In this document: positions 32,509 to 44,257 of the stretch, piece by piece | How positions within the stretch are numbered: the stretch's first letter is position 1 | Layout: each line of letters opens with the position of its first letter | Assembly: GCA_963826115.1 (NCBI GenBank) | Contig: CAWGVS010000011.1 | Coordinates: 128,001-192,000, forward strand | DNA length: 64,000 bases | Direction: 5' to 3' | Origin: an uncultured Candidatus Rokubacteria bacterium | GTDB taxonomy: Bacteria; Methylomirabilota; Methylomirabilia; Rokubacteriales; DASRDR01 | Notes under the pieces: generated by a model | What the model was told of the DNA's origin: nothing | The model's database searches: none | Seen by the model: only the letters and a program-made list of their open reading frames with translations | Made by a program: the position numbers and the translations under genes

Positions 32509-33381
32509 TCACCGAAGTGGCCGACCGAACAGGCCCTGCGGGCGGAGCAGCACGACGAGCGCCATCACGACGTAGATCATCAGCATCGAGACGCCCGGCA
32601 GCCAGACCTTCCCGAACGTCTCGGCCTGCCCGATGATGAGGCTCCCCACGAACGAGCCCTTGAGCGAGCCGAGGCCGCCGATGACGACCACGATCAGCGC
32701 CGGGATGAGGACGCTGATGCCCATGGACGGGTACGCGGACTGGATCGGCCCGGCGATGACGCCGGAGAGTCCTCCGAGCGCGGCGCCGAAGGCGAACACG
32801 AACGTGAACACGCGTCCGACGTCGATCCCGAGCCCCGCGGTCATCTCGGCGTCGTACACGCCCGCGCGGATCACGGCGCCGAGGCGCGTCTTCTCGATCA
32901 CGAGCCAGAGCAGGATCGCAACCAGGAGCCCGAAGCCGATGACGAAAAGCCGGTACGCGGGGAAGGTGAAGCCGTTGAAGGTGACCCGGCCGGAGAAGAG
33001 CTCGGGCGGGGGGATGGAGCGAATGCGGCCACCCCAGCCCCACTTGACCAGGTCCTCGAAGAGATAGATGAGGCCGAAGGTCAAGAGCACCTGGTCGAGC
33101 GGGGACCGCCGGTAGAGCGGCCGGAGCAGGCCGCGCTCGACGAGGGCGCCGACGAGGCCCACGGCCAGCGGCGCCGTGATGGCGGCGAGCCAGAAGTTCC
33201 CGGTCAGCGTGAGGGTGGCGAGGCCGGCATATGCTCCCAGCATGTAGAACGAGCCGTGCGCCAGGTTCACGACGTCGAGCATCCCGAAGATGAGCGTCAG
33301 ACCGACCGAGAGGAGGAACAGGAGGGCGCCGTAGGCCAGGCCGTTCAGCGCTTGGCCGAGGATGTCCGATAGGAGCGGCAC
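32509..33381 (-). CDS. livH: branched-chain ABC permease, LivH-like
   Basis: GLTLIFG..DVVNLAHG, VVVIGGLGS, RPQGLFG. Confidence 0.88.
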   Translation of the reverse strand: MPLLSDILGQALNGLAYGALLFLLSVGLTLIFGMLDVVNLAHGSFYMLGAYAGLATLTLTGNFWLAAITAPLAVGLVGALVERGLLRPLYRRSPLDQVLLTFGLIYLFEDLVKWGWGGRIRSIPPPELFSGRVTFNGFTFPAYRLFVIGFGLLVAILLWLVIEKTRLGAVIRAGVYDAEMTAGLGIDVGRVFTFVFAFGAALGGLSGVIAGPIQSAYPSMGISVLIPALIVVVIGGLGSLKGSFVGSLIIGQAETFGKVWLPGVSMLMIYVVMALVVLLRPQGLFGRPLR

Positions 33382-33431
33382 GGGGATGGGCGGAAGCCGG
33401 GGCGCGCGGCCCCGGCGTTCCGGAGGCCTCG

Positions 33432-34659
33432 TCAGGCCGGAAGCGTGCAGCCGGTGCCCGGGTCGCGAACGTCCGCGACCTTGTCGATCGGCACGTTGGC
33501 CAGGCCGCGCCGCGACAGCTCGCGCACCTCGCGGATGTAGATGAACGGCTGGATCACGTTGTGCGTCTTCGGGTCGAAGCGGAAGCGCCCGCGCGGGCTG
33601 TCGAACTCCGTGGCGGCGATGGCGGTCGACGAGCTTGTCCTTGTCCTGGGTGTTGCCGTTCACGGCCTTCAGCGCCCGCACGATCACCTCGGCGGTGTCG
33701 TAGCCCTGGCAGGCGAAGCCGTCGGGCATCTTGCCCTCGAACTTCTCGCCGGAACTCCTTGACGAACCGCTGGTTCACCGGGTTGTCGAGCTGCGGCGTG
33801 TAGAAGTGCCCGGTGATGGTGCCCAGCGCCGTCTTGCCCTGGGCGGGGAGCACGTCGGGCTCGGTCAGGAAGCCCGGCGCCGGTGAGCTTGATGCCCGGC
33901 TTGAGCCCGAACTCGTCGAACTGCTTGACGAAGTTCACGGCGTCGGTGCCGGAGAAGAACGCGAACACCGCCTTGGCGCCGGACTGCTTGATCTTGGTCA
34001 GGTACGGTGCGTAGTCGGTCTCGCCGAGCTTCGGATAGTCCTCGCCGACGACCTTGCCACCGGCCGGATGGTAGGTCTCCCGGAACGCCTCCATCATGTC
34101 CTTGCCGGCCTGGTAGTTCGGCGCGATCTGGAAGACCTCCTTCGACACCTTCGCCGCGACCCACCCACCCATGGGCTGGCAGGGCTGCCAGTTGGAGAAG
34201 GAGGTCCGGAAGATCCACTTCGAGCAGCGGGCGCGGCTGACGGCGTCGGCGCCCGCGTTCGACACGATGCAGGATCGTCTTCGAGTTGTGCACCTTGTCG
34301 CGCATGCCCATGAGGATGCCGCTGTGGACGGGCCCGGTCAGGATGTCCACCTTGTCGGAGTCGATCAGCTTCTCGGTCTTGCGCACACCGACCGGGACGG
34401 CCATCTCGTCGTCTTCCTTGACCATCTCGATCTTGCGCCCGGCGACCGTCCAGTTCTCCCGGGCGAAGACGAGCTCCATCGCCTGGGTGATGCTGTTCCC
34501 GAGCTCCGCGTACACGCCCGTGTAGGGGAGGACGACGCCGATCTTGACCGGCCCGCCCTGAGCCCGGGCCCGGCGGACCCAGGGACCCGTGACTGCCCCG
34601 GCGGCGGCACCGCCGATGACGGTGGTCCTGAGGAACGTCCGACGCGTCTGCTGGTCCAT
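33432..34659 (-). CDS. Tat-exported LivK-like substrate-binding protein (frameshifted)
   Basis: TRRTFL twin-Arg signal, KIGVVLPYTG, GPVHSG, SPRG.F. Confidence 0.82.
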
Positions 34660-35040
34660 GCGTCCTCCTCCTCACGGTCTCGAGCGGTCCGGCGGAAACC
34701 ACGGCGCGGGCAGCTGCGCCCAACGTCTGTCAGGGGCGAAATCGTGCCTAGAGCCTACACTGAACGACCCATTGCGGGGAACCCTGTCGAACGGCACAGT
34801 AGCCCGCCGCGGACGGCTCAGCGCACGTGATCGCTGCGCGGCGAGGATTCGTGGCGTTCGCATCGCAGCGTCGGTCACCCGAGCCGTGCGCGGGTAGCCC
34901 ACGCTGAGCTTGGCAGTCGGGCGGCGCCGTCTCGCGGCCTCATGGAAGGTTGCCCGCAGCGCTCTATCGACACGCGCCAGCGGATCGCATAGCATCTCGG
35001 GGTGCCGGCGGCCCCCCCACCGATGCGGCTGATCTGACCC

Positions 35041-35990
35041 ATGCTGGCATTCGTCATCCGGCGACTGGGCGCGATGGTCGTCGTCATGCTGATCGTCGCC
35101 GCGCTGGTGTTCGTCATCGTCCGCATCGTGCCGGGGACCCGGCGGCGATGATGCTCGGCGACATCGCGACGCCGGCCGACGTCGCCGCGCTCCGCGCCGT
35201 GCTCGGGCTCGATCGGCCGCTCCCGATCCAGTTCATGATCTTCATGGAGCGCATCCTGGTCGGCGATCTCGGCAACTCGATCTTCTTCAACCAGCCGGTC
35301 GCCCGCGTGCCATGCTCGATCGCGTCGAGCTGACCCTCCTGCTGACCCGGATGGCCGTGCCGCTCGCGGTGGCGATCGGCGTTCCCGTCGGGATCGTCTC
35401 GGCGGTCCGGCGCGGGAACGGCCTGGACCAGGCCGCTGACGGCGGTCGCCATGCTGGCCGCGAGCCTGCCGAGTTTCTGGATCGGCCTGACCCTGATCAA
35501 CTATCTTCGCCGTCGATCTCGGCTGGTCTGCCGGTCGCCGGCTACGGGCCGCCAGATTCGAGCCTGGCTCGAGCGGCTGCCGCTACCTCGTCCTGCCGTC
35601 GATCGCGCTCGGGAATTCCCGAGCTCGGCCCTGATCATGCGCTTCACCCGCACGAGCATGCTCGACGTGCTCGGCGAGGACTACATCCGCACGGCCCGGG
35701 CCAAGGGTCTCCGGCCGAACTGGTCGTGCTCAAGCACGCGCTGCGCAACGCGCGGTCCCGATCCTGACCGTGATCGGCTTGACCATCGGCGGTGCTGATG
35801 GGCGGCGCGATCGTCACCGAGACGGTGTTCGCGCTGCCCGGCGTCGGCGAACCTGATCGTCCAGGCCGTACTGCATCGGGACTATCCGGTGATCCAGGGC
35901 GCCCTGCTCGTGATCTCCGGCGTCTACGTGCTGATCAACCTGGCGATCGACCTGCTCTACGCGGTGGTCGACCCGCGCATCCGCTATTGA
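35041..35990 (+). CDS. peptide/nickel ABC permease DppB-like (heavily frameshifted)
   Basis: LGLDRPL, GDLGNS, EDYIRTARAKG, TETVF.LPG.G, DLLYAVVDPRIRY. Confidence 0.8.
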
Positions 35991-35997
35991 GCCGCCG

Positions 35998-36897
35998 ATG
36001 GTGTCGCGACGTCGCGATCGCTCCGGCGCCCGCAGCGCAGCGATCGCCGACGCTGCTGCTGCTCGCAGCGGCTGGTCCGCCGACGCATCGTCGTCGTCAG
36101 CCTCGTCCTGCTGGCGGTGCTGGTCGTCGTTCGCCGTGCTGGCGCGCCGTGGATCGCCCCGTATCAGCCGAGCGAGCATGCAGGTCGTCATCCGGCTGAA
36201 GCCGCCCGAGCGCGCGTCACCTGTTCGGGCACCGACGAGTTCGGCCGCGACGTGCTCAGCCGAATGATCTACGGCGCGCGGCTGTCGCTGCTGGTCGGCC
36301 TCCTGGTCGTCGTCGTCGCCGAGCCTGCTCGGGCACTGCTCTGGGCCTCGTCGGCCGGTTACGTCCGGCAGCCTCGACGGCGCGCTCATGCGCCTGACCG
36401 ACGCGATGATGGCCTTTCCCGACATCCTGCTGGCGATCGCGCTGATGGCCGGGCTGGGGCTCGGGCTGTCTCAACGTCGTGATCGCGCTCGGCATCGTCT
36501 ACACGCCGCGCATCGCGCGGATCGTGCGCGCCGCGACCCTGGTGCTGCGCGAGCTGCAGTTCGTCGAGGCGGCCGAGGCGCTCGGCGCGACGCGGTGCGC
36601 GATCGTGCTCGTGCACATCTGCTGCCGAACCTGATCTCGCCCATCATCGTGCAGGCGACCTTCGTCTTCGCCTACGCCATCCTGACCGAGGCGGCGCTGT
36701 CGTTCCTCGGCGTCGGCGTGCCGCCGACCATGCCGACCTGGGGCAACATGATCGCCAGCGCGCAGCAGGTCATGCAGCAGGCGCCATGGCTGATCCTGGC
36801 GCCCGGCATCGCCATCGCGCTGACGGTGATGTCGCTGCAGGTCGTCGGCGACGGCCTGCGCGACGCGCTCGATCCCAAGCTGCGCCGGGCGGTTTGA
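35998..36897 (+). CDS. peptide/nickel ABC permease DppC-like (frameshifted)
   Basis: GTDEFGRDVLSR.IYGAR, EAALSFLG.G, WG.MI, GDGLRDALDP. Confidence 0.8.
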
Positions 36898-36939
36898 GGA
36901 GTGGACGACGGTGCGGCAGGCGGTGCGCAGGTAGCCGGG

Positions 36940-37726
36940 TCAGCCTGGCCGGGGCGTGCTCAGCGGCAGGTACGCCCGCCCGGCCGAGGCGCCGCCGTTG
37001 ACGGACAGCACCTCGCCCGTCACATAGTCTGCATACGGTGAGGCCAGATACAGCGCCGCTCGGGCGATGTCCTGGGGGGTGCCGGCGCGACCCCACGGAA
37101 TGTTGCGCATGATCGCCGCTTCGTAGTCCGAGGTCAGCGGCGACATCCCGCTGTCCACCTTGATGTAGCCGGGCGCGATGCAGTTCACGTTGATGCGCTG
37201 TCCGGCGAGCTCCATCGCGAGGACCTTCGTGAACATCACGACGCCGGCCTTCGACGCGCAGTAGTGCGCCGCGCCGACCCGGCCGCTGGAATATGCGCCG
37301 GAGGAGATCGTGATGATCTTGCCCGGGCGGCCGCTGGCCGTCATGCTCCGTGCCGGCCGCCCGGCACGTGAGGAACACGCCGCGCATGTTGGTGTCCATC
37401 ACGCGGTCCCATTCATCGACCGACATGTCGAGCACCGGGCATTCGGATAGATCCCGGCGTTGGCCACGACGACCGTGGCGGGGCCCAGGGCACGCTCGGC
37501 CTTCGCGAAGAAGTCCGTCACGGCCTTCTCGTCGCGCACGTCCATGGCGTCGGCGAAGGCGCGGTCGCCCGAGCTGGGTCGCCGCCCGCTCGACGGTCTC
37601 CTTGCGCACGTCACCCAGCGCCACGCTCGCTCCCGCCGCGTGGAAGGCCAGAGCGATGCCGTGCCCGATACCGGCGCCGGCGCCGGTGACGATGACCATC
37701 TGTCCCGTGAAATCGAACGCGGCCAT
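36940..37726 (-). CDS. short-chain dehydrogenase/reductase (frameshifted)
   Basis: TGAGAGIG, ANAGI, YCASK, NCIAPG. Confidence 0.82.
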
Positions 37727-37819
37727 TGGCGGATCCTCTCGTGACACTGGGCGACCTCCTCGCAGGGGGTGAACCGGACGCCGGGCGCTGCTTCCGCCTG
37801 TCGCGAGGCACCGGCGGCG

Positions 37820-38590
37820 TCAGTCGATGTACTGGCCGCCGTTGACGTCCATGCACTCGCCGGTGATCCAGGCCGCGCCGGGCGACGCGAAGAACAGCAC
37901 CGCCGCGGCGACGTCCTCGGGCCGGCCCACCCGGGCCAGCGGGATCGTCTGGACGATCGCCTCGATACCCGGCTTCCGGGTGATGCTCACGGTCCGCGGC
38001 GTGTCGATCAATCCGGGACAGACCGCGTTGACCGTGACCCGGGGCGCGAGCTCCTTGGCCAGGCCGCGCGTCAGCCCGAGCACGCCGGCCTTGGCGGCGG
38101 CGTACGCCGACTGGCTCACCGTGGCCGGTGGGCCACCGCCGTGCTTGGCCGAGATCGACGCGATGCTCACGATGCGCTGGCCCTCCCGCTTCAGCATCTG
38201 TGGCGCCAGGCAGCGGGCCCAGTTCCACGCCGACCGCAGGTTGTTCATCAGGATGTGATCGAATTCAGCCGGCGTCAGCTGCAGCATCGCGCGCGGATCC
38301 CCGCCGCCGGCCACGTTGACCAGGATGTCGATCTGGCCGAAGGATGTGAGCGCGGAGGAAGCCAGCCGCTCGGTCGCGGCGTAGTCCGCGGCATCGCCGA
38401 CCAGCGTCAGGCTCTTGCGGCCCAGCTCCCGGATCTGACCGGCGACCGTCTCCGCGGCATCGGCGCGGAGGTCGAGGATGGCGACGTCGGCGCCCGCCTG
38501 CGCCAGGGCGCGCGCACTCGCTCCGCCGATGGCGCCGCCCCCGCCGGTCACCAGCGCCACCTTGCCGCTCAGGTCGTACATCGGATTCAC
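37820..38590 (-). CDS. short-chain dehydrogenase/reductase (FabG-like)
   Basis: TGGGGAIG, YAAAK, NAVCPG, DVNGG. Confidence 0.9.
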   Translation of the reverse strand: MNPMYDLSGKVALVTGGGGAIGGASARALAQAGADVAILDLRADAAETVAGQIRELGRKSLTLVGDAADYAATERLASSALTSFGQIDILVNVAGGGDPRAMLQLTPAEFDHILMNNLRSAWNWARCLAPQMLKREGQRIVSIASISAKHGGGPPATVSQSAYAAAKAGVLGLTRGLAKELAPRVTVNAVCPGLIDTPRTVSITRKPGIEAIVQTIPLARVGRPEDVAAAVLFFASPGAAWITGECMDVNGGQYID

Positions 38591-38774
38591 GTTGCCACCC
38601 CCCGGTGGAAAGTGACGCCCATCCCACGTGGAGCCGTTCGGTTACCGGCCCTCGAGACCTTCGGAGTTCGCCGGGGACGGCATCCGCGTCTCGGCCGCGC
38701 CCCTCGCTCGCGCCAAGCGCGGGGAGGGAGCGCGGCCGCGTGACGGAATCCCCCGGCCGGCTGTCGCCGATCTC

Positions 38775-40320
38775 CTACTGGGCCAGACGTACGTTCCAGA
38801 ACGCGGGCTGGGGCATCGACGTGAAGCCCTGCAGCCTATCGCTGACCGCGGTCAGCTGTAGAAGTGCCCGGTGATCAGCGTCGACGCCTGCTCGTAGAGC
38901 AGCTTCTGGATGTTGTTCCAGAGCGGCAGGCGCTTGGCGGGATCCATCTCCGAGTTGAACGCGTCGAGCGCGGCGGACTTCTCCGGCGTGTCCCACCAGC
39001 CCGGATATTCCGGACTGATGAAGGTGATCAGCGACGGCTCGGGGGTGAAGCCGATGGTAGGCGATGAAGCCCTCCCATTCGTTGGCGTTCGTGCGCTTCT
39101 GCGTCACCGACGCCCAGTCCATGACCTGGACGTCGACCTTGAAGCCGGCCTTCTGCAGGTTCTCCTTGGCGACCAGCGTCTGCTTGTAGAAATAGTCGAA
39201 CTGCTTCGACGTCAGCAGGCGGATCGGCTCGCCCTTGTAGCCCGCCTCCTTGAGCAGCTGGCCGACGCGCTTCGGGTCGCGCTGGTTGAACCCCGGGTGT
39301 TGACGCCGTCGTGGAAGGACGGCGCCCTTGCCGTAGATCGAGCCGTCGACGTCGTACATCGCGGGATCGCCGAAGGCGGCGCGCCAGCATGTCGGGAACG
39401 TTGAGCGCCGCCTGCATGGCCTGGCGGATCTTGACGTTCGCGGTCGCGCCGCCCTTGGTGTTCAGCACCATGAAGATCATCCAGTCCGGCTTCACGAGCA
39501 TCCGGCTTGATGCCGCGCGCGGCCTTGAGCTGCGGTAGCGACTCGTTGGGCAGCGTGTCGGCGAACAGGTACTGTCCGCTGATCACGCCGGCGACGCGCG
39601 TCATCGCGTTCGGCACGGGGACGAAGCGGATCTCGTCGATGATCGCCTTGCGCTCGCCGGCGTAACCGTCGGGCGTGCCGGGCGGCGATTTGTACTGGTC
39701 GAACCTGACGACACGGGTGAACTGGTCTGGCTTGCGCTCGAGGAACTTGTACGGGTCCGGTGCCGATGAACTCGGTGATCGGCTTGTCGCTCGCGTTCAG
39801 CTCCTTGGGCATGATCGACGGCGGTCGCCGTGTTGCTCGCCAGCAGCGGCAGCAGCGGCGCGAAGGGCTGCTTGAGGCGGATCTCGATCGCGCGCGGGTC
39901 CTTGACCGTCGATCGGAGGTCGCCTGCGCGCCGACCAGCTTGCCGCGCGGCGAGACCCGGGCCCAGCGGCTGACCGATGCCGCGACGTCCTCGGCGGTCA
40001 TCGTCTTGCCGTTGTGGAAGACGGCGTCGGTGCGCAGCGGGATGGTCACGACGGTGCCGTTCTCGGTGATCGCCGGCAGCGCCGAGGCGAGCACCGGCAT
40101 CACCTCCCATTTCGAGTTGAAGCGTGTAGAGCGTCTCGAAGATGTGGTGGGTGATGATCGGTCGCGGAGTCCGAGGTGAAGATGACCGGATCGAGGGACG
40201 GGCGGTTCGCCGTAGAGCGCGACGTCGATCGCCGTCGCCGCCATGGCTCGGCGTGCCGAACAGGCTGGCGCAGGCGAGCGCCACGGCGCCGGCGACAGAA
40301 CTGAGCTTCCGAAGCGTCAT
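38775..40320 (-). CDS. ABC family-5 (DppA/OppA-like) substrate-binding protein (heavily frameshifted)
   Basis: Signal peptide, HIFETLY, FHNGK.MTAEDV.AS, IGTGP, LLKEAGY; SD GGAG. Confidence 0.8.
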
Positions 40321-40754
40321 GACTGTCTCCTTCCCTTGACCTTGTGGTTCGCTCGTCGGTCGGCGGATCCGCGACGTCGGGGCCCGAGCCCATGAAACGG
40401 CTCGACTATGGCACCGAATATCGGGGATTGCCAGGCGATGTTCCGGAGAATCCCGCCTGGAGGGGGCCCTAGAACGCTCGCCTGAGCGATCGATGGTCGA
40501 ACGCGATGCTGGCGGGCGGCGCGGGTTCGGAGGGAGACGGAACGCGCGCCTCAGGGGCGGGCGCCGCGGGGAACCCCGGAGCTGCTGGCGCATCGCCCAC
40601 CGGTTTCGTCCACTGTCGGTTTGCATGCGCAGCCGGCAGGGGAGTCCCGGCGGGCACCGAAAATACGACCGGGCCCGCTCTCCCCACCGCGGGCCGGTTG
40701 CGAGCCCCGCGCGCCCCAGTGTCGGTGATTCAGGGCGCGGGGGGCTGGCCCCGG

Positions 40755-41030
40755 CTACTTCTTCTTGCGCTTGGCCAGGAGATCTTCGAGCTTCTTCGCC
40801 TGGTCCGTCTCGGTCTTGAGGGCTTCCTGGGTCTCCTTGAGCTTCGCCTCCGCCGCCTGGATCTTGGTCGCGAGCTGACCTTCCCGCTCGGCGGACTTCC
40901 GAGCCTCCTCGAGCTGCGCCTTCGCCGCGGCCACGTCCTTCGCGGCCTGCGACGACTGCGATCCCCAGGTGGCATACCCGATGCCCAGCCCGATGATGGC
41001 GGCGATGATTCCGATCACGACGGCTTGCAT
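40755..41030 (-). CDS. small single-TM coiled-coil protein (paralog 2)
   Basis: N-terminal TM IIGLGIGYATWGSQ, then heptad-rich K/E/Q/A helix; SD GGAGG. Confidence 0.8.
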   Translation of the reverse strand: MQAVVIGIIAAIIGLGIGYATWGSQSSQAAKDVAAAKAQLEEARKSAEREGQLATKIQAAEAKLKETQEALKTETDQAKKLEDLLAKRKKK

Positions 41031-41064
41031 GGCACCTCCCGTTCGTGCCCCGCGCGTTCTCGCG

Positions 41065-41349
41065 TCACTTCTTGCCCTTGGACACCTGCATCTGCATCTG
41101 CTCGCGCTTCGCCTTCTCCTTGGCCAGATCGTCGCTCATCTGCTTCAGCTGGGCTTCCATCTGCGCGAGCTTGTCGGACAGCTCCTTCTCGCGCGTCGCG
41201 GCCTTCTGCGCCTCGGTGAGCCGCGCCTTGAGCTGATCGAGCTCGCCCTGGAGCGACTTCGTCTGGGCCCCCCACCATAGGTACCCGACGAGGAGTCCGA
41301 TGAGGATCGCCACGATGGCGACGATCGTCACTTTCTTGCCGTCCATCAC
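41065..41349 (-). CDS. small single-TM coiled-coil protein (paralog 1)
   Basis: LIGLLVGYLWWGAQ then coiled coil; SD AAGGAGG. Confidence 0.8.
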   Translation of the reverse strand: MMDGKKVTIVAIVAILIGLLVGYLWWGAQTKSLQGELDQLKARLTEAQKAATREKELSDKLAQMEAQLKQMSDDLAKEKAKREQMQMQVSKGKK

Positions 41350-41436
41350 GCCTCCTTCCCGGGCCGGGGGCCCGCTGCCTGGAGAGCCTGCCTGATGAGC
41401 GGTGGACCCGGGCCCGCCGCTCGGGGAACGGCGGGG

Positions 41437-43072
41437 TCAGGGCGGTGCGGCGCGCCCTGCCTCGTGCTGCCGGAGCTCAACCCGTCGGATCTTGCCCGTC
41501 TCCGTGTGCGGCAGCGCGGGGACGAACGCGATCAGGCGGGGGTACTTGTAGGGCGCGAGCACCTTCTTGACGTGGTCCTGCAGCTCCTTCGCCAGCTCGT
41601 CGGTGGCCGTGAACCCCGGACGCAGGACCACGAACGCCTTCGGCACGAAGCCGCGCGTCGCGTCCGGGGCCGCCACCACCGCGGACTCGGCGACGGCCGG
41701 GTGCTCGTCCAGCACGTGCTCGACCTCGGGTCCCGGGATCTTGTAGCCCCCCGTCACGATCATGTCGTCGGACCGGCACTGGTACGAGAAGTAGCCGTCG
41801 TCGTCGTGGACGTAGACGTCGCCGGTCACGTTCCAGCCCCCGAATCGCACGTACTCGGCCTGGCGCTCGGGCTTCCGCCAGTACTTGCAGCCGGTCGGGC
41901 CCTTGATGGCGATGAGGCCGGGCGTGCCGCGCGGCACCTCGCGACCCTCCTCGTCGACCACGCGGCAGTCGTAGCCCGGCACCGGCACGCCGGTCGCGCC
42001 CGGGCGGACCCGGCCGGGCTCCGAGGACACGAAGATGTGGAACATCTCGGTCGAGCCGATCCCGTCGAGGCACTCCTTGCCGGTGGTGCGCGACCCACGC
42101 CTCGTAGGTCGCGGCGGGCAGGGGCTCGGCGGCGGAGACGCAGAGGCGGAGGCTTCCGAGGTCGTACCGCCCGGCCACGTCCGGAACTCCGAGCATCAGC
42201 CGGTACGACGTGGACGCGCAGAAGGCGACGGTCACGCGCTCGCGCTGGAAGATCTCGAGCATCCGCTCGGGGTCGAACGGGCCCGAGAGCACGGTCGCGG
42301 CCCCGAACCGGAACGGGAAGACGAGGAGGCCGCCGGTGCCGAACGTGAACGCCAGCGTCGGATGGCCACCGAACCGGTCCTCCTCGCTGGGCTGGAGGAC
42401 GTAGCGGGCATACGAGTCGGCCGAGCCGAGGATGTCGGCGTGATGGTGGACGCAGCCCTTGGGCACGCCCGTCGAGCCGGAGGTGTAGGCGATCATCGCG
42501 ACGTCGTCGGCGCGCGTGTCAGCGGTCTGGAAGCGCTCCGGCTGGCCGTCCAGCAGGCTCGCCCACGTGAGATCGCCAGGCCGAGCGTCCCCGACGACGA
42601 TCACCTGCTCGAGTGCCGGTGCGGCCGGGCGGGCCCGCTCGAGCTCCTCCCGCAGTCCGCTCGACACCACGGCGACCCGTGTCCCCGCGTCCTGGGCGAT
42701 GTAGGCCAGCTCCCGGGCGCGGAGCAGCGGCATCGTGGACACCGTGACGACGCCGAGCTTCTGGCACGCGAGCCACGTGACGATGAACTCCGGGCAGTTC
42801 GGCATCCGCAGGAGGACGCGGTCCCCCGGCTCGACGCCGGCGGCCCGGAGGCCGTTGGCGAGCCGGTTGACGCGCTTCTGCAGGTCGCCGTACGTGACGA
42901 CCTGGGCCTCATGGTGTATCGCGGGCCGGCCGGCACGCCCGCCGTCCGCGTTGGCGTCGAGGAGCGCCGTGGCGACGTTGAGCCGAACGGGATAGCGCGT
43001 CTCGGGGAGGGTGTAGATTCGCTCCGGCCAGAGCGCCTTCGGCGGGAGACCTTCCTCGATCGCGACCGCCAC
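41437..43072 (-). CDS. benzoate/2-aminobenzoate-CoA ligase family (frameshift ~42095)
   Basis: YTSGSTGVPKG..H, FTFGTGG, DGIGSTEMFHIF, GPTGCKYW, APYKYPR, TETGKI; SD AGAGGAGG. Confidence 0.88.
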
Positions 43073-43293
43073 CCAAGGCCCTCCTCTGTCCGGAGCCAAA
43101 CCACCGCGCGGCGCCATGGTAGCCAACTTCCCCGCGTGGAACAACCCTGCGGACCTCGCCTGACGCGAGGTGCCGGGCCACTGTACGATGAGCCTCGCGT
43201 CCGGCGCGGGCCACCTGCCCGACCGACGCTCGTGTTCCGCCCTAGGCTGCCACGGACGAGGCGATCCGCTGGCGTCTTTCCTGGAGGTGCGAG

Positions 43294-44082
43294 ATGGCTC
43301 CGAGGTTCGGCGCGCGCGAGGCGGCGAGGCTCGAGACCGTGTATGCGTCGCCCGCGATCGCGGCCCAGCGCGCGCGAACGCGCGCCGCTCTCGGGGCCCG
43401 TCCGGGCGAGCGCGGTCTCGACGTGGGGTGCGGGCCGGCTTTTCTCGCCTGCGAGCTGGGCCGCGAGGTCGGGCCGGCCGGGCGCATCGTCGGCGTCGAC
43501 GAGAGCCCCGACATGCTGGAGGCGGCGCGCGCCCGGATCGCGCGGGAGGGTCTGGCCGACCGCATGGAGGTCCACGAGGGCGACGCCGCCCGGCTCGCGT
43601 TCCCGGCCGGCGCCTTCGACTTCGTCACCGCGGTCCAGGTCTACCTCTACGTCCCCGACGTGGAGCGCGCGCTGGCGGAAGCCGCGCGCGTCCTCCGCCC
43701 CGGCGGCCGCCTGGCGGTCGTCGATACCGACTGGGACTCCTGCGTGTGGCTCACGGACGACCGCGACCGGCATCGCCGGGTGATGGAGGCGCAGGGTGGG
43801 CACTTCGTCCAGCAACACCTCCCGACGCGGTTGCCGGGGCTTCTCGGTCGGGCGGGTCTCGGCCTCGCGCACGCCGAGGCGATCCCCGTGCTCGAGCTGA
43901 GCGGGAGCCCCGGGACGTTCAGCGGCGGCCTCATCGGGCCGACCGCCGACCTCGCTGTTCGCCACGGCGTGCCGCGCGAGGAGGCGGAGGCCTGGCGGAC
44001 GGATCTCCTCGCGCGCGCCGCTGGCGGCGAGTACTTCTTCAGCGTGACGCGGTACCTCTTCGTCGCGACCCGCCCGCGGTGA
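43294..44082 (+). CDS. class I SAM-dependent methyltransferase (UbiE-like)
   Basis: LDVGCGP, GVDES..ML, RVLRPGGRL...DTDWD. Confidence 0.88.
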   Translation: MAPRFGAREAARLETVYASPAIAAQRARTRAALGARPGERGLDVGCGPAFLACELGREVGPAGRIVGVDESPDMLEAARARIAREGLADRMEVHEGDAARLAFPAGAFDFVTAVQVYLYVPDVERALAEAARVLRPGGRLAVVDTDWDSCVWLTDDRDRHRRVMEAQGGHFVQQHLPTRLPGLLGRAGLGLAHAEAIPVLELSGSPGTFSGGLIGPTADLAVRHGVPREEAEAWRTDLLARAAGGEYFFSVTRYLFVATRPR

Positions 44083-44119
44083 CGGGGCAGGCGGCGACCG
44101 ACGCGTGCGGGGCGTGTCG

Positions 44120-44147
44120 TTGACACGCCTTCCGCGGGTGCCATACT
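44120..44147 (+). promoter_or_regulatory. sigma70 promoter TTGACA-16-(TG)CATACT
   Basis: Perfect -35 and extended -10 upstream of the Liv operon. Confidence 0.65.
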
Positions 44148-44257
44148 AGCGCCGCCGATCGCGGTGACGAGGCTGCGCGGCGCGGTAGCAGCCGAACAAG
44201 CCGAGACGCAGGGAGGGGCCCCCCATGCACAGGTTGAGCGGGTCAGACAGCCGGTCC

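Noticed and set aside
40393-40750. Long intergenic region as ncRNA or riboswitch
   Set aside because: Only generic GC hairpins seen; no recognisable conserved RNA motif.
41433-41441. GGGGTCAGG 9-mer at the CoA-ligase stop (similar 10-mer at 54078-54087)
   Set aside because: Matches only the arm tip; too short to call as element copies, although they could be target sites or remnants.
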